Below, one piece after another: positions 19,368 to 29,606 of a DNA stretch of 64,000 nt. Under the pieces are notes generated by a model, which saw nothing but the letters and a program-made list of their open reading frames with translations, was not told the DNA's origin and made no database searches. Source of the stretch: an uncultured bacterium (lineage in GTDB: Bacteria > Patescibacteriota > Minisyncoccia > UBA6257 > 2-01-FULL-56-20). A program made the translations under genes and the position numbers. The stretch lies in NCBI GenBank assembly GCA_963768625.1, contig CAVYIK010000003.1, forward strand, positions 518,715-582,714, in the 5' to 3' direction. How positions within the stretch are numbered: position 1 is the first letter of the stretch; every line of letters begins with the position of its first letter.

Positions 19368-20273
19368 ATGGCTAATCTATACACCTATCAGTCGGCGAAT
19401 ATACGCCGCACATGGCTTCTATTCATAGTCTTTTTTGTAGTGGTCGTGGGCATCGGCTATGTTTTCTCGCAGGCCTACGGCGATCCGAGCTTCGTCGTTT
19501 TCGCACTGCTCTTCAGTATTATCTATTCGCTGATCAGCTATTATTCCTCGGCGGCCATCGCGCTTTCGCTTGCTCGCGCGCAGCCCGTTACAGAACAGGA
19601 CAATCCGCAGCTCTATAATATCGTTGAAAATCTTTGCATCACGGCGGGCCTCCCGATGCCAAAGCTCTACGTGACGCCCGAGCTGCAGATCAATGCGTTC
19701 GCAACCGGCCGCGACAAGGAACACGCGGCAGTGGCCGTTACGCAGGGCGCGCTCCAGCGCCTCGACAAGAACGAGCTCACGGGTGTGCTTGCGCACGAAC
19801 TCTCGCATGTGGGCAACCGCGATATCCTGGTTTCTACGGTCGCCGCGATCCTTGCGGGCATTATCGCGCTCCTCGCTGATATTTTCCTTCGGTCGCTTTT
19901 TTGGGGCGGGATGGGGATGGGCCGCGGCCGGCAAAACAACGAAGCGGGCGAGATATTTTTCATCTTCGCGATCGTCCTTTCCGTCCTTGCGCCCATCGGC
20001 ACAATGCTCATCCAGCTCGCGATTTCCCGCCGCCGCGAAGCCCTCGCGGACGCCTCGGGCGTTTTGCTCACGCGCTATCCCGAAGGCCTTATCTCCGCGC
20101 TCCGGAAGATAGAGCAGGACGTGACGCCCATGCGTTCCGCAAAGGACTCCACCGCGCACATGTGGTTGGACAACCCGTTCAAGGGGAGCGGCACCTCTTG
20201 GTGGCACAAGCTTCTCATGACCCATCCGCCGATCGAGGACCGGATCAAGGCGTTGCAAGCGCTCTCGGTATAA
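19368..20273 (+). CDS. htpX: zinc metalloprotease HtpX (M48)
   Basis: HELSHVGNRD (HExxH), four TM segments, C-terminal THPPIEDRI. Confidence 0.9.
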   Translation: MANLYTYQSANIRRTWLLFIVFFVVVVGIGYVFSQAYGDPSFVVFALLFSIIYSLISYYSSAAIALSLARAQPVTEQDNPQLYNIVENLCITAGLPMPKLYVTPELQINAFATGRDKEHAAVAVTQGALQRLDKNELTGVLAHELSHVGNRDILVSTVAAILAGIIALLADIFLRSLFWGGMGMGRGRQNNEAGEIFFIFAIVLSVLAPIGTMLIQLAISRRREALADASGVLLTRYPEGLISALRKIEQDVTPMRSAKDSTAHMWLDNPFKGSGTSWWHKLLMTHPPIEDRIKALQALSV

Positions 20274-20285
20274 CCTTCACGCGCC

Positions 20286-20978
20286 ATGCGCTATAAATTC
20301 GACAAGACGGTGGTGGTAGCCCTCGGAGGGTCCATCATCCATCCGGACGGCATTGACACGGCATTCCTCAAAAAATTCAAAGCGTTTATAGCGCCCTTCC
20401 TGCGCCGCGGCACGCGGTTGGTGCTTGTGGTGGGCGGAGGGACGCTCGCCCGGCGCTTCCAGGAAGCCGCAGGGAAAGTAGCTGGGGTGAACGACGAGGA
20501 CAAGGACTGGCTCGGCATCCACGCGACGCGTCTCAATGCGCATTTGCTCCGCACCATTTTCCGCAACGTCGCTGACCCCGTGGTGATTGACGCGCGCTAC
20601 CGTATAAAGAAACTGCGTCTTCCCGTGACGATTGCTTCCGGCTGGCGGCCGGGCTGGTCCACCGATTACGTGGCGCTCCAGCTTGCTGCCGATTTCCGCA
20701 CGCGCGAGGTGATAATCGCAGGCTCGCCCTCGCATGTTTATAGCAAGGACCACGCGCGATACGCAGATGCGAAACCGTTCAATAAGCTTACCTGGCGCGA
20801 GTATCGGAAGCTCATCCCGCGCAAATGGAAGCCCGGCCTCCACGCGCCCGTGGACCCCGTGGCCGCCGCGCTCGGCGAGAAGGCAGGCCTCCGCGCCATC
20901 GTCATAGACGGCCGCAACCTCAAGAACTTCGCCGCGCTCTTGAATGGAAAGGAATTCCGAGGCACAATGGTCGGGTAG
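20286..20978 (+). CDS. amino-acid-kinase-fold protein, archaeal-type UMP kinase-like
   Basis: VVALGGSII ... LVLVVGGGTLAR ... a layout typical of the AAK fold. The exact substrate is not determinable by eye. Confidence 0.55.
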   Translation: MRYKFDKTVVVALGGSIIHPDGIDTAFLKKFKAFIAPFLRRGTRLVLVVGGGTLARRFQEAAGKVAGVNDEDKDWLGIHATRLNAHLLRTIFRNVADPVVIDARYRIKKLRLPVTIASGWRPGWSTDYVALQLAADFRTREVIIAGSPSHVYSKDHARYADAKPFNKLTWREYRKLIPRKWKPGLHAPVDPVAAALGEKAGLRAIVIDGRNLKNFAALLNGKEFRGTMVG

Positions 20979-20980
20979 CG

Positions 20981-21065
20981 GGAGGCGTCGCATAGTGGCC
21001 TAGTGCGTCCGCTTGGAAAGCGGATATGCCGAAAGGCATCAGAGGTTCGAATCCTCTCGCCTCCG
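20981..21065 (+). tRNA. tRNA-Ser(GGA)
   Basis: Hand-folded. Acceptor GGAGGCG/CGCCTCC, anticodon loop TTGGAAA, long variable arm, T-arm GAGGTTCGAATCCTC. No encoded CCA. Confidence 0.9.
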
Positions 21066-21188
21066 CCCGATAGTGCAGCGGTTCGAGAGACCTTCCGGCC
21101 TCGGTTTTTGTTATCTTTTTGAAACGCAGTTCAGGCGACGAAAGTCGGCAGGTGTCTAGGATTCGAACCGATGAATTTCTAGATAACT

Positions 21189-21224
21189 AAAAATCGGCTT
21201 CTGCGTTTGCAAAAGCCGATTTTT
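21189..21224 (-). terminator. rho-independent terminator-like hairpin downstream of the 21247..21462 minus-strand ORF
   Basis: AAAAATCGGCTT-12 nt-AAGCCGATTTTT. A 12-bp stem with A/T tracts on both sides. Confidence 0.55.
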
Positions 21225-21246
21225 AGGATCCTCTCGGCGAACTTTT

Positions 21247-21462
21247 TTAACGAAGATATCTGATTATTTGCAAACAACTGACAACAAGAAAAAAGACTCC
21301 GATCAGAAAAACCAGTAGTGTTGCTATCCAAAATATAACCGCTATTCGGGACATCATCCGCGAGTTGCTTCGGCGTCGCCTCGACTCTTCGCCGTTGATA
21401 TTGGAATTCCCGATGCTAAGATTTTTCGCGGAGACATCACTTTTAATATCAATCATGGGCAC
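21247..21462 (-). CDS. small hypothetical membrane protein
   Basis: 71 aa with a C-terminal TM helix (IAVIFWIATLLVFLIGVFFLVV). AT-richer than its surroundings and followed by a terminator. Confidence 0.4.
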   Translation of the reverse strand: MPMIDIKSDVSAKNLSIGNSNINGEESRRRRSNSRMMSRIAVIFWIATLLVFLIGVFFLVVSCLQIIRYLR

Positions 21463-21632
21463 GATCCAGCCTTATTCAAACCCTTTTTCTGAAGGGGCAA
21501 CCCTTTGCACAATTCTTGCCAGATCCCCATATTCTTGAATTGGGTAAATGTTGATACGCCCCTTGTGGGAGGAGACCTCCGTTTTCGGGAAGCTGGAGTA
21601 GGCTGGTACAGGGTGCTATTATAGCCTTAACA

Positions 21633-22622
21633 ATGTCCGAGAAACCGCCTGGATCATCGCAGCAACCACCCGAACCTTCTCCGGAGCGGAAACCTATTTC
21701 ATACGAACAGGCCCTTGAGGCGGCGAAAACTTTGCGTGCCGCCGGAGAAAAGAGGCCATTGAGCGGCGAATATGAGAATCCGCGCATCCAGGCGGCGTGG
21801 GACACGGTCGACCAATGGGAGGCCGAAAACGGCCTGCGTGAGCGGGGCGTGGGAACCGTGGAGAGGGCAGAGAATATCGTCCGGGCGGCGATGATGTGGG
21901 TTGACGCCGGCTATGCGGAGCTGGACATCCTTAGTAACGCTCTTGAGCGTCTGAACGACGAGCACGCCGACGCGCTTCGGGAGGGGAACGAGGAAGTTAT
22001 AAAGATCCTCCGCGACGCCATTGACGGTATCGAGCATAAGCTCGCGGCGTCAAATCCCAAAGAAAAAACATCAATCAAGATCGAAGCGAAATATGACGAA
22101 GCGAAGGAGCTTATTGCGCAGGGGAAATTGCTGAGCGCCATCGGCACCCTGCACGGCGCGCTCATCGATCCCCGTTTCAAGGGACGGATAAATGACGAGC
22201 AGCGCGACCGTTTCACGAGGCTGCGTGATGAGACCAGGGCGCGTGAACAGGAACCGAAAAATAAAGAGCTCGCCGATTTCTATCAGCTTATCATGACGAA
22301 CTTTCTCGAAAGTCGTACAAACAAGGGATATCTCGTTTCACTAAAACCCTACCCGATCAAGATCCGAGCATTGGATTTATCGGCCGTCGTCCTCGGTTTT
22401 TTCCCGGACGGAAAGGTCCGCATAGCCATCGTTATCCCGGGAGAAAAAGACAGCGTGAGGAAAGTGATAGAAATCAACGCGCGTGGCGAGGTTACGGAAG
22501 ACGCAGGAGCGACGCTTGATCACGCCGAAAGCGAACCAGATCTTAAAGACATTCCGGATGAAGAGCTGGCAGTCGAAGCGGTGCGGCAAATAAGAAATTT
22601 CAAAGATCCCGACGCAAACTAG
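21633..22622 (+). CDS. hypothetical protein
   Basis: 329-aa ORF with good coding appearance and no recognisable motif. Confidence 0.55.
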   Translation: MSEKPPGSSQQPPEPSPERKPISYEQALEAAKTLRAAGEKRPLSGEYENPRIQAAWDTVDQWEAENGLRERGVGTVERAENIVRAAMMWVDAGYAELDILSNALERLNDEHADALREGNEEVIKILRDAIDGIEHKLAASNPKEKTSIKIEAKYDEAKELIAQGKLLSAIGTLHGALIDPRFKGRINDEQRDRFTRLRDETRAREQEPKNKELADFYQLIMTNFLESRTNKGYLVSLKPYPIKIRALDLSAVVLGFFPDGKVRIAIVIPGEKDSVRKVIEINARGEVTEDAGATLDHAESEPDLKDIPDEELAVEAVRQIRNFKDPDAN

Positions 22623-22635
22623 AAAAACCACTTGC

Positions 22636-22711
22636 GTAGCGATAACCCAAACAGGCTTTGGAAGGAGCCCTTCTTAGTACTCCTTCCAAAGCCTGTTTGG
22701 GTTATCGCTAC
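22636..22711. repeat. conserved-loop hairpin family, member a (32-bp perfect stem, 12-nt loop CCCTTCTTAGTA)
   Basis: GTAGCGATAACCCAAACAGGCTTTGGAAGGAG / CTCCTTCCAAAGCCTGTTTGGGTTATCGCTAC read directly. It lies between convergent genes. Confidence 0.85.
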
Positions 22712-23451
22712 CACACCTCGTGGAGCTTGATGCCCTCCTTATCTATTGTGATATAACTGCTCGGGATATCGGTCCAGCAGCCAGGATTGTGATACTCGAC
22801 GCCATCCTGGGCGCGGACCGTGCATGCGTGATGGGTGTGGCCGCCGAAGACGACGTCCGCCGACCGCGTCCGCGCGTAGCCGATCATATCCTGATAGAAC
22901 GTCCTTGAGAGATAAACCCTTTTGCTCAAGCGTTTGACGAACCGGCTCACGTGCTGTTTTTCGGAATCAACCCGTTGGATCGCCCGGTATATCCGGCTGA
23001 AGAAATCGCTTACCATAGGTCTTTTAAGTATGAACGTGTCAAACGTGTCGCCGTGGATCGCGACGAAATGCTTGCCGCCAAAACGCCATTCGTAATCGTT
23101 CCGCACGGGGGCGCCAAAGAGCCCCTGCGCCGCTTCTTCAAGCGCCGCGTCATGGTTGCCCCGGAGCCAGATCACCTCAACGCCGTCTTTGGAGTTTGCA
23201 ATTTCGCGGATGAGCGAAAGGAATTTCCAATCCTCTTCCCGGAGGTCGGTGAGCCCGTAATCGTCAAAAATATCGCCAAGGAGAACGAGCCGATTAAAAA
23301 GGCACCGGTCGCCCCTGCAATACTTCTTTTCTATGAGGCTTGTGAGCTCTTTTACCCTGCTTACGCTCGAGCCGAGGTGAATGTCGGAGATGACGACCGT
23401 GTCAATCCCGGCATGCTTCTTTGGCATGATACTCCCTATTATATCAAACAA
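22708..23451 (-). CDS. calcineurin-like metallophosphoesterase (LpxH-like)
   Basis: VVISDIHLGS, GDIFD, GNHD, HGD and GHTH motifs in order. Confidence 0.8.
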   Translation of the reverse strand: MFDIIGSIMPKKHAGIDTVVISDIHLGSSVSRVKELTSLIEKKYCRGDRCLFNRLVLLGDIFDDYGLTDLREEDWKFLSLIREIANSKDGVEVIWLRGNHDAALEEAAQGLFGAPVRNDYEWRFGGKHFVAIHGDTFDTFILKRPMVSDFFSRIYRAIQRVDSEKQHVSRFVKRLSKRVYLSRTFYQDMIGYARTRSADVVFGGHTHHACTVRAQDGVEYHNPGCWTDIPSSYITIDKEGIKLHEVW

Positions 23452-24966
23452 ATCCCGGGAAGAAGTCGGTCTTCACCCGGCGCCCCGGAACGCCCATTTC
23501 CTCTAGGGTTTTATGAAAGGCGGCGGTCATTGCGTGCGTCCCGGAAATATAGAACGTCCGTTCGCGGTAATCGGGGACGGCTTGCGCAATCAGCCGCGCA
23601 TCAATGCGTCCCTTGTAGCCGCCGGGCGGCGGGGTCTCTTCCGCGCCCGTCACAGCGTAGACGGTCCGCAGCCCGATCTTCCTTGCCGCCTCGTCAAAGA
23701 CCTCGCGGTAGGCGATCTCGGCCGTCGTGCGGTTGGAATAGAGAAGGATGGCATCGCGCCGCTCGCCGCGGTCCGTGAGATATTTCACCATGCTGCGGAA
23801 CGGCGTGATGCCGATGCCGCCGGCGATGAAAACGAGTTTCGCGCGCTTGTCTCTGCGGGAGCGTGAAATCTCCGGCGAGCTGGCCGCCCACGATCTCATC
23901 GCCCGATTTCATCGCGAATAAATTTTTCTTGAAGCTGCTTGCGGGCGAATAGAATTTTACGCCGAGGTGAAGGTTTGGTTCGGTGGGGGACGAAGCGATG
24001 GTAAAGTAACGGCGGTTGCCGCGGTCATCGCTCTTTTTGTGCCCAAGGTCCACTCCATATATTGGCCGGGGCGGAAGCGCATAGGTTCCTCCGTTGCGAA
24101 CGCGAAATCATAGATGTCCGTGCCCACTTCCTTTTTGGATTTCAGTTTGAGCGCGTATTTTGCCTTCGGGCTTAAAGCATAAGAAAGAAGATTGCCCGCG
24201 AGGAGCGCAAGTTCCGGCGTGGAATAGATGGAGCCCACGTGGATCGCCGGCGCGAAGAGGAGGCCGACGAAAGCGCCGTACGCGATGCGGCCACTTCGCG
24301 TGGGCGGCGTCGTCAGGGGTTCGGTGAGCATGATGAACGCGAAGAAGAAGAGCGGCGCGTGAAGGAATGCTTTTTGGAGCGTGGTCAGGGGATCGGAGGC
24401 GGTATTCGTGAGCATGATCGTCACGAGGCCTACGGCGAAGAAACTTAATACAAGGTCAAATCGCTGTATCTTCCGCGTCACAAGGAGCCCGCCTACAAGC
24501 ACGAAAGCGAGCATTGGGAGGTTACCGCCGATCCACCAGCTTGCGGACTGGTTTATGGTGAGCGCCGTGAGCGCCACCGCGAAGGCCGCCGGGTTGAAAA
24601 GATGCTTTTTGTTGATAGCGAATATGTATTTGCAGGCCATCGCCCAGATCGCGGCCCAGATGAGGAAGGAAATACCCATCATATCCTGCGGAACCACGGG
24701 ACGTGATGATGAGCGCGAGGATGAGTGCGGTGATATAGACCGATTCCACGTTCGGTTGGGCGTTTGAAGGTTTTCGCAAAGAGCTGGTTCGTGATCCAAG
24801 AGACGGCGAGGAGTACGGCCGTCGAAAATACGATCGCAACGGGGCTATAGGGAAGGATGCCGAGCGCGCCGAAGATCGCCGCGATCGCAAGGAGCGCGAT
24901 CAAAAAATACAGCACGAGGCGGTACATGGTGATTCGGTTCAAGAGCCCGTCAATAAGGTTACGCAT
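23444..24966 (-). CDS. membrane-anchored FAD/NAD(P)-binding oxidoreductase (polytopic N-domain fused to an FNR-like module), at least three frameshifts
   Basis: Pieces 24679..24966, 23957..24799, 23694..24053 and 23444..23899 join into one protein. It has a TM domain with an HLFNPAAF motif, an RRYFTIASSP FAD-binding-like motif and LVFIAGGIGITPFRSM (NAD-binding GGxGxxP). Confidence 0.65.
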
Positions 24967-25714
24967 GGGTGTACTTTTCGAATCCGCGCGTCATCGTCGC
25001 GGTTTTGTTCTTATCTATCATATATCCTTCCACGCCATCAAGTCCTTCTATAAATTGGATCCCCCTTTGCCCCATCGCGAAGGCGCCCGTGGCAAGGCGG
25101 TCTGCCTCGTAGATATCAGGGCCCACGACGGTCAGGCTTACGATCTCGTTCGCCGCCTTGCCGGTCGTGGGATCGTAGATGTGTTCACCGCGGATATAGG
25201 TGCCGGAGGTGGCGACGCCTTCGCCGCTTAGAAACACCGCCTTCACATTCTCTTTTTCGTTCCACGGATTTTTTATGCCCACCGACCATTTCTTCCCGTC
25301 GGCGTTCTTGCCGTGCGTTTGTATGTCGCCGCCCGCGTCCACATAGAAATTTTCGAAGCCAAGCTTCTTGATGAGCTTCGCTGCGTTACAGATAGCCCAG
25401 CCCTTCACAAGCCCCGACGGATCATATTTCCCGTCAGGACGTTTGATATCAAAATAGCCGTCGGTGAGCCACTTCGTTTTTTCCGCGAGGATAAAGACCG
25501 TTTTCATGTCCTCGCTCCATGCATTTTCCGGAAGGCGTCCCTCGTTGATCGCGGTGATCTCGCTCGTCGTTTTGTACGTGCTGAATTTTTCATCAATGTA
25601 TTTGAAATAGTCGTAGGCCGCCTTGATGGCGCCCTCAAGCTTCGCCTGCGTGGCTGCGGGATCAACGATATCCACCGTGACCGGCATGCCCATCAGAATG
25701 CGCGTTTCTTTCAT
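24959..25714 (-). CDS. apbE: FAD:protein FMN transferase ApbE
   Basis: MGMPVTVDI ... GWAICNAAKL ... YVDAGGDI ... VATSGTYIRG, the ApbE family pattern. Confidence 0.85.
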   Translation of the reverse strand: MKETRILMGMPVTVDIVDPAATQAKLEGAIKAAYDYFKYIDEKFSTYKTTSEITAINEGRLPENAWSEDMKTVFILAEKTKWLTDGYFDIKRPDGKYDPSGLVKGWAICNAAKLIKKLGFENFYVDAGGDIQTHGKNADGKKWSVGIKNPWNEKENVKAVFLSGEGVATSGTYIRGEHIYDPTTGKAANEIVSLTVVGPDIYEADRLATGAFAMGQRGIQFIEGLDGVEGYMIDKNKTATMTRGFEKYTHA

Positions 25715-25725
25715 CGCCGCCCCAA

Positions 25726-26256
25726 TTACGTCTTCGCTTGTCCGAGCGCGGAGGCGAGCGATTGCTGGAATGCTTCGCTCGATTGCGTGGCGCCGGAAAC
25801 GATATTCACCGTGGGGCCCTGGGCTTGGATCGCTTCCTGCACGAGCTGCGGCATCGCGTTGGCATTGATCTCGCGCGAGGTGCCGCGGTCGCTCGGGTAT
25901 TGCAAGATCTGGACGTCGCTCAACTTGCCGCTTTGGATGATCGCTTTCACTTGTACGTTGCCGAAGTAGGCGTCGGCGACGCTTCCGGTATAGGCGCCGT
26001 TCTTGTACGCGCCCGCGGTTTGAGTGGGAGCAGGCGTCGGTGTTGGCGTTGGAGTCGGCGCGGGCGCTTGCGTGGTCGGCGCAGGCGTCTGCACCGGCGG
26101 CGTTTGGGCAACCGGTGTTTGTGCGGGGCTTGGCGCGGGCGTTTGCACCGCCGGCACATTCGCCGCAGGTCCCACATTCACGGAGCTTTGGTTATCAAGC
26201 ATCACATAGAACGCGAAGGCGACCACGAGCACGAATGAAAGAAGATATTTTTTCAT
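25726..26256 (-). CDS. secreted FMN-binding domain protein with a Pro/Thr/Ala-rich linker
   Basis: Start trimmed to MKKYLLSFVLVVAFAF (signal/anchor). C-terminal FMN_bind-like ...IVSGATQSSEAF (flavinylation-type S/T motif). Linker APSPAQTPVAQTPPVQTPAPTT.... Confidence 0.75.
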   Translation of the reverse strand: MKKYLLSFVLVVAFAFYVMLDNQSSVNVGPAANVPAVQTPAPSPAQTPVAQTPPVQTPAPTTQAPAPTPTPTPTPAPTQTAGAYKNGAYTGSVADAYFGNVQVKAIIQSGKLSDVQILQYPSDRGTSREINANAMPQLVQEAIQAQGPTVNIVSGATQSSEAFQQSLASALGQAKT

Positions 26257-26327
26257 ACTATGGATTATACGGATATACGAGGAAGTCGTTAAGAAAGTTT
26301 TAATGCCCCGAGGAGTACAATGGGGGC

Positions 26328-27458
26328 ATGAAAAATATAAAATGTTTGGTGGCGGTGGCGGTGATGGCGTCGACTTCGGGATTTTTGGCTTGGATGCATG
26401 CGGGCCCAGTGGAAGCAGCATATCATTTTTCAAGCTTTGTGGGCAAGCCGCCGCTACATATTTTCCGTTCGGCGCAAAAAGCACCGGCTGGGCTCACGCC
26501 TGCGGAGGTAAAGAAGATATACAACCTGCCCTCAAAAGGCGGCACGGGGACGATTGCGATCGTTGATGCCTACGACGCGCCGAATATCGAGAAGGACCTC
26601 GGCGTGTTCAGCGATACGTACGGCCTTGCACTGTGCACGGTGAAAAACGGCTGTCTTGAGAAGCATGCGATGGCGCCCTCCATGTCCACGAACGCCGGTT
26701 GGGCGCTTGAGGAGTCGCTGGATGTGGAGTGGGCGCATGCGATCGCACCCCAGGCGAAGATATTGCTTGTGGAGGCAAAGACGGCGAGCGGGGCGAACCT
26801 GCTTGCCGCGCTTGATTATGCCGCAGGGCGGAAGGATGTCGTCGCGGTCTCCGTGAGCTGGGGTGGTGCAGAATTTTCCGAAGAGCTCTCGCTCGATTCG
26901 CACTTTGTAAGCAAATCGGGAGCCGTATTCTTTGCCGCGTCGGGTGATGACGGCGCTGGGGCGCAGTGGCCCGCGGCCTCGCCGAACGTCGTCGGGGTCG
27001 GCGGCACATCGCTAGAACTTTTCAAAAGCGGAGCTTTTATTTCCGAGACGGCGTGGTCGGGGAGCGGCGGCGGCGTGAGCGTTTATGAGCCGGAGCCGGA
27101 TTATCAGAAAGCGTATAAGATCCCGAAGGCGAATGGCCACCGCGCGGTTCCAGACGTTGCCTATAATGCTGACCCGAAATCTGGGTATGCGGTCTATCGG
27201 ACCACCGGTACTTCAAAGAACGGATGGTATACCGTCGGCGGCACCTCTGCTGGCACACCGCAATGGGCGGCGATCCATTCGCTCAACTTATCCGTTTCGC
27301 TTCCAAAGCTTTATGTCGACAAGAGTTCCGCGAACACACTCGCATTCTTTCGTGACATCACGAGCGGCGCGAACGGCACCTGCAAATATTATTGCGATGC
27401 CCGGGCACGCTACGATTACGTGACGGGTCTCGGCGTGCCCCAGACGGCCCAGTTTTAA
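26328..27458 (+). CDS. secreted S53 (sedolisin-like) / S8-clan serine peptidase
   Basis: Signal peptide. IAIVDAYD, LDVEWAHAIAP and VGGTSAGTPQWAA (SGTSxxxP-type catalytic Ser). Confidence 0.7.
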   Translation: MKNIKCLVAVAVMASTSGFLAWMHAGPVEAAYHFSSFVGKPPLHIFRSAQKAPAGLTPAEVKKIYNLPSKGGTGTIAIVDAYDAPNIEKDLGVFSDTYGLALCTVKNGCLEKHAMAPSMSTNAGWALEESLDVEWAHAIAPQAKILLVEAKTASGANLLAALDYAAGRKDVVAVSVSWGGAEFSEELSLDSHFVSKSGAVFFAASGDDGAGAQWPAASPNVVGVGGTSLELFKSGAFISETAWSGSGGGVSVYEPEPDYQKAYKIPKANGHRAVPDVAYNADPKSGYAVYRTTGTSKNGWYTVGGTSAGTPQWAAIHSLNLSVSLPKLYVDKSSANTLAFFRDITSGANGTCKYYCDARARYDYVTGLGVPQTAQF

Positions 27459-27482
27459 AGGGGATTTTGGGGCGAAAATCGC

Positions 27483-27512
27483 TTGGATTTTCGGGTCAAA
27501 TCGTGGTAGAAT
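27483..27512 (+). promoter_or_regulatory. putative sigma70-type promoter for gyrB
   Basis: TTGGAT-18 nt (ending TGG)-TAGAAT, 12 nt upstream of the gyrB ATG. Confidence 0.4.
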
Positions 27513-27524
27513 GAGGTATCCGAA

Positions 27525-29606
27525 ATGGCTCCAAAACCGGCGAAAAAAGAGGAAAAAAAGGATAGCAACAAAGCAGCCGCGTCGTACACCGCGAAGGACA
27601 TTTACGTCCTTGAAGGGCTTGAGCCGGTCCGCAAGCGGCCCGGCATGTACATCGGTTCCACGGGCACCATCGGTTTACATCACTTGATCTGGGAGGTCGT
27701 GGACAACTCCATTGACGAAGCGATGGCGGGGTTCGCAAAGAACGTAACGGTTGAGCTCCTGCCCGGCAACAAAGTATCCGTGGCGGACGACGGCCGCGGC
27801 ATTCCGGTGGAGACCCACAAGCAGACGAAGAAGTCCGCGCTTGAGACCGTGATGACCACGCTCCACGCCGGCGGAAAATTCGGCGGCGAATCGTACAAGG
27901 TTTCCGGCGGTCTGCACGGCGTAGGCGTTTCCGTCGTGAACGCGCTTTCGGAGTGGCTCAAAGTAGAAGTGGAGCGCGACGGAGGGTTTTTCGTCCAGGA
28001 ATATGAGCGCGGCAAGCCGAAATATAAAGTGAAGAAAGTGGGCGCGTCCAAGCGGCACGGCGTGAAGGTGACCTTCTTGCCCGACCCGCAGATATTCTCC
28101 GATATTACCTTTGATGATAAAACGATTCTGGACCATCTGCGCCAGCAGGCGTATCTCACGAAAGGAGTGCGCATCAATGTCTTTGACCGGCGGCAGAAGG
28201 TGCTCGTTCCCTACGGATTCTGTTTTGAAGGCGGGCTACTTTCGTTCGTACGGTTCCTTTCCGAGAAGAAGAATAAATTACAGGAAGATATTTTCTACGT
28301 AGACAAGGAACAGGAAAAGATAGACGTTGAAGCGGCACTTCTCTATGTTGATGACACGAAGGTGCAGGAGATGAGCTTTGCGAACAACATTTACACGCCT
28401 GACGGCGGGATGCACCTGACCGGTTTCCGCTCCGCGCTCACGCGCTCGCTTAATAACTACGCCCGCGCCCAGGGTTACCTGAAGGAGAAAGAAGAGAATT
28501 TGACCAGTGACGATGTACGCGAAGGCATGGTCGCCGTGATTTCTATCAAGCTCCGCGAGCCGCAGTTTGAGGGGCAAACCAAGGCGAAGCTCGGCAACCC
28601 CGAAGCGCGGACGGCGACCGAGGCGGTCATCGGTGACGCACTCAAGGAATTCTTGGAAAAACATCCCTCCGAGGCAAAAGGTATCATCGCGAAGGTGATC
28701 CTCACGTCAAAGGCGCGGCTTGCCGCGCGGGCGGCCCGCGAGACGGTGCTCCGCAAGGGCGCGTTTGAGGGGCTCACGCTTCCCGGCAAGCTTGCCGATT
28801 GCATTTCAAAGAGCGCCGCGGAATCGGAGCTTTTTATCGTAGAGGGCGATTCGGCCGGCGGCACGGCGAAGCAGGGGAGGAATCGCCATACGCAGGCGAT
28901 TCTGCCTTTGCGCGGAAAGATCTTGAACGTGGAGCGCGCGCATTTGGACAAGATGCTCGCGAACGCGGAGGTGCGCGCATTGGTCATCGCGATCGGTACG
29001 GCGATTGGCGAGGAGTTTGATATGGAAAAACTGCGCTACCACAAGATCGTCATCATGACGGATGCGGATGTGGACGGCGCGCACATCCGGACGCTTCTTC
29101 TCACGCTTTTCTACCGATATTTCAAAGAAGTGGTGCTGGGTGGCTATCTTTATATCGCGCAGCCGCCGCTCTATCGCGTGCAGCTCGGGAAGTCCGTCCG
29201 TTACGCTTTCTCTGACGCAGAAAAGGACAAGGCGATCGCGGAGATGCAAAAGGAAAAACCGGCGGCGAAGGCGGCCGCCGCGAAATCGGCCGGTAAGAAA
29301 AAGGCAGAGCCGGCGGAAGAGGCGGAAAGCACGGAAAGTGCGACGGAAGGAGAAGTCGTAACGGAAGGCGAAAGCCAGGGCAAGCGCATGCCAAACGTGC
29401 AGCGCTACAAGGGTCTCGGTGAAATGAACGCCGAACAGCTCTGGGAAACGACCATGAATCCCGAGAATCGCATGATGAAGCAGGTGACGGTTGAAGACAC
29501 GGAAAAAGCGAATAAGCTTTTTGATATCTTGATGGGTGACGCCGTGGAGCCCCGCAAGAACTTCATCCAGGCGCACGCCGCAAGCGTGCAGAACTTGGAC
29601 ATTTGA
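27525..29606 (+). CDS. gyrB: DNA gyrase subunit B
   Basis: YTAKDIYVLEGLEPVRKRPGMYIGST, GLHHLIWEVVDNSIDEA, EGDSAGG and PLRGKILNVE. Intact 693 aa. Confidence 0.97.
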   Translation: MAPKPAKKEEKKDSNKAAASYTAKDIYVLEGLEPVRKRPGMYIGSTGTIGLHHLIWEVVDNSIDEAMAGFAKNVTVELLPGNKVSVADDGRGIPVETHKQTKKSALETVMTTLHAGGKFGGESYKVSGGLHGVGVSVVNALSEWLKVEVERDGGFFVQEYERGKPKYKVKKVGASKRHGVKVTFLPDPQIFSDITFDDKTILDHLRQQAYLTKGVRINVFDRRQKVLVPYGFCFEGGLLSFVRFLSEKKNKLQEDIFYVDKEQEKIDVEAALLYVDDTKVQEMSFANNIYTPDGGMHLTGFRSALTRSLNNYARAQGYLKEKEENLTSDDVREGMVAVISIKLREPQFEGQTKAKLGNPEARTATEAVIGDALKEFLEKHPSEAKGIIAKVILTSKARLAARAARETVLRKGAFEGLTLPGKLADCISKSAAESELFIVEGDSAGGTAKQGRNRHTQAILPLRGKILNVERAHLDKMLANAEVRALVIAIGTAIGEEFDMEKLRYHKIVIMTDADVDGAHIRTLLLTLFYRYFKEVVLGGYLYIAQPPLYRVQLGKSVRYAFSDAEKDKAIAEMQKEKPAAKAAAAKSAGKKKAEPAEEAESTESATEGEVVTEGESQGKRMPNVQRYKGLGEMNAEQLWETTMNPENRMMKQVTVEDTEKANKLFDILMGDAVEPRKNFIQAHAASVQNLDI

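Noticed and set aside
21066-21188. Possible additional tRNA or pseudogene because of GGATTCGAACC at 21158.
   Set aside because: No cloverleaf can be folded on either strand. The flanking 5-mers are not complementary and no acceptor stem exists.
26020-26165. Repetitive GC-rich stretch (GGCG/GGTG/TTGG units) that superficially looks like a tandem repeat array.
   Set aside because: It is the antisense of the Pro/Thr/Ala-rich linker of the FMN-binding protein. It is low-complexity coding sequence without regular repeat-spacer periodicity, and it is not CRISPR-like.
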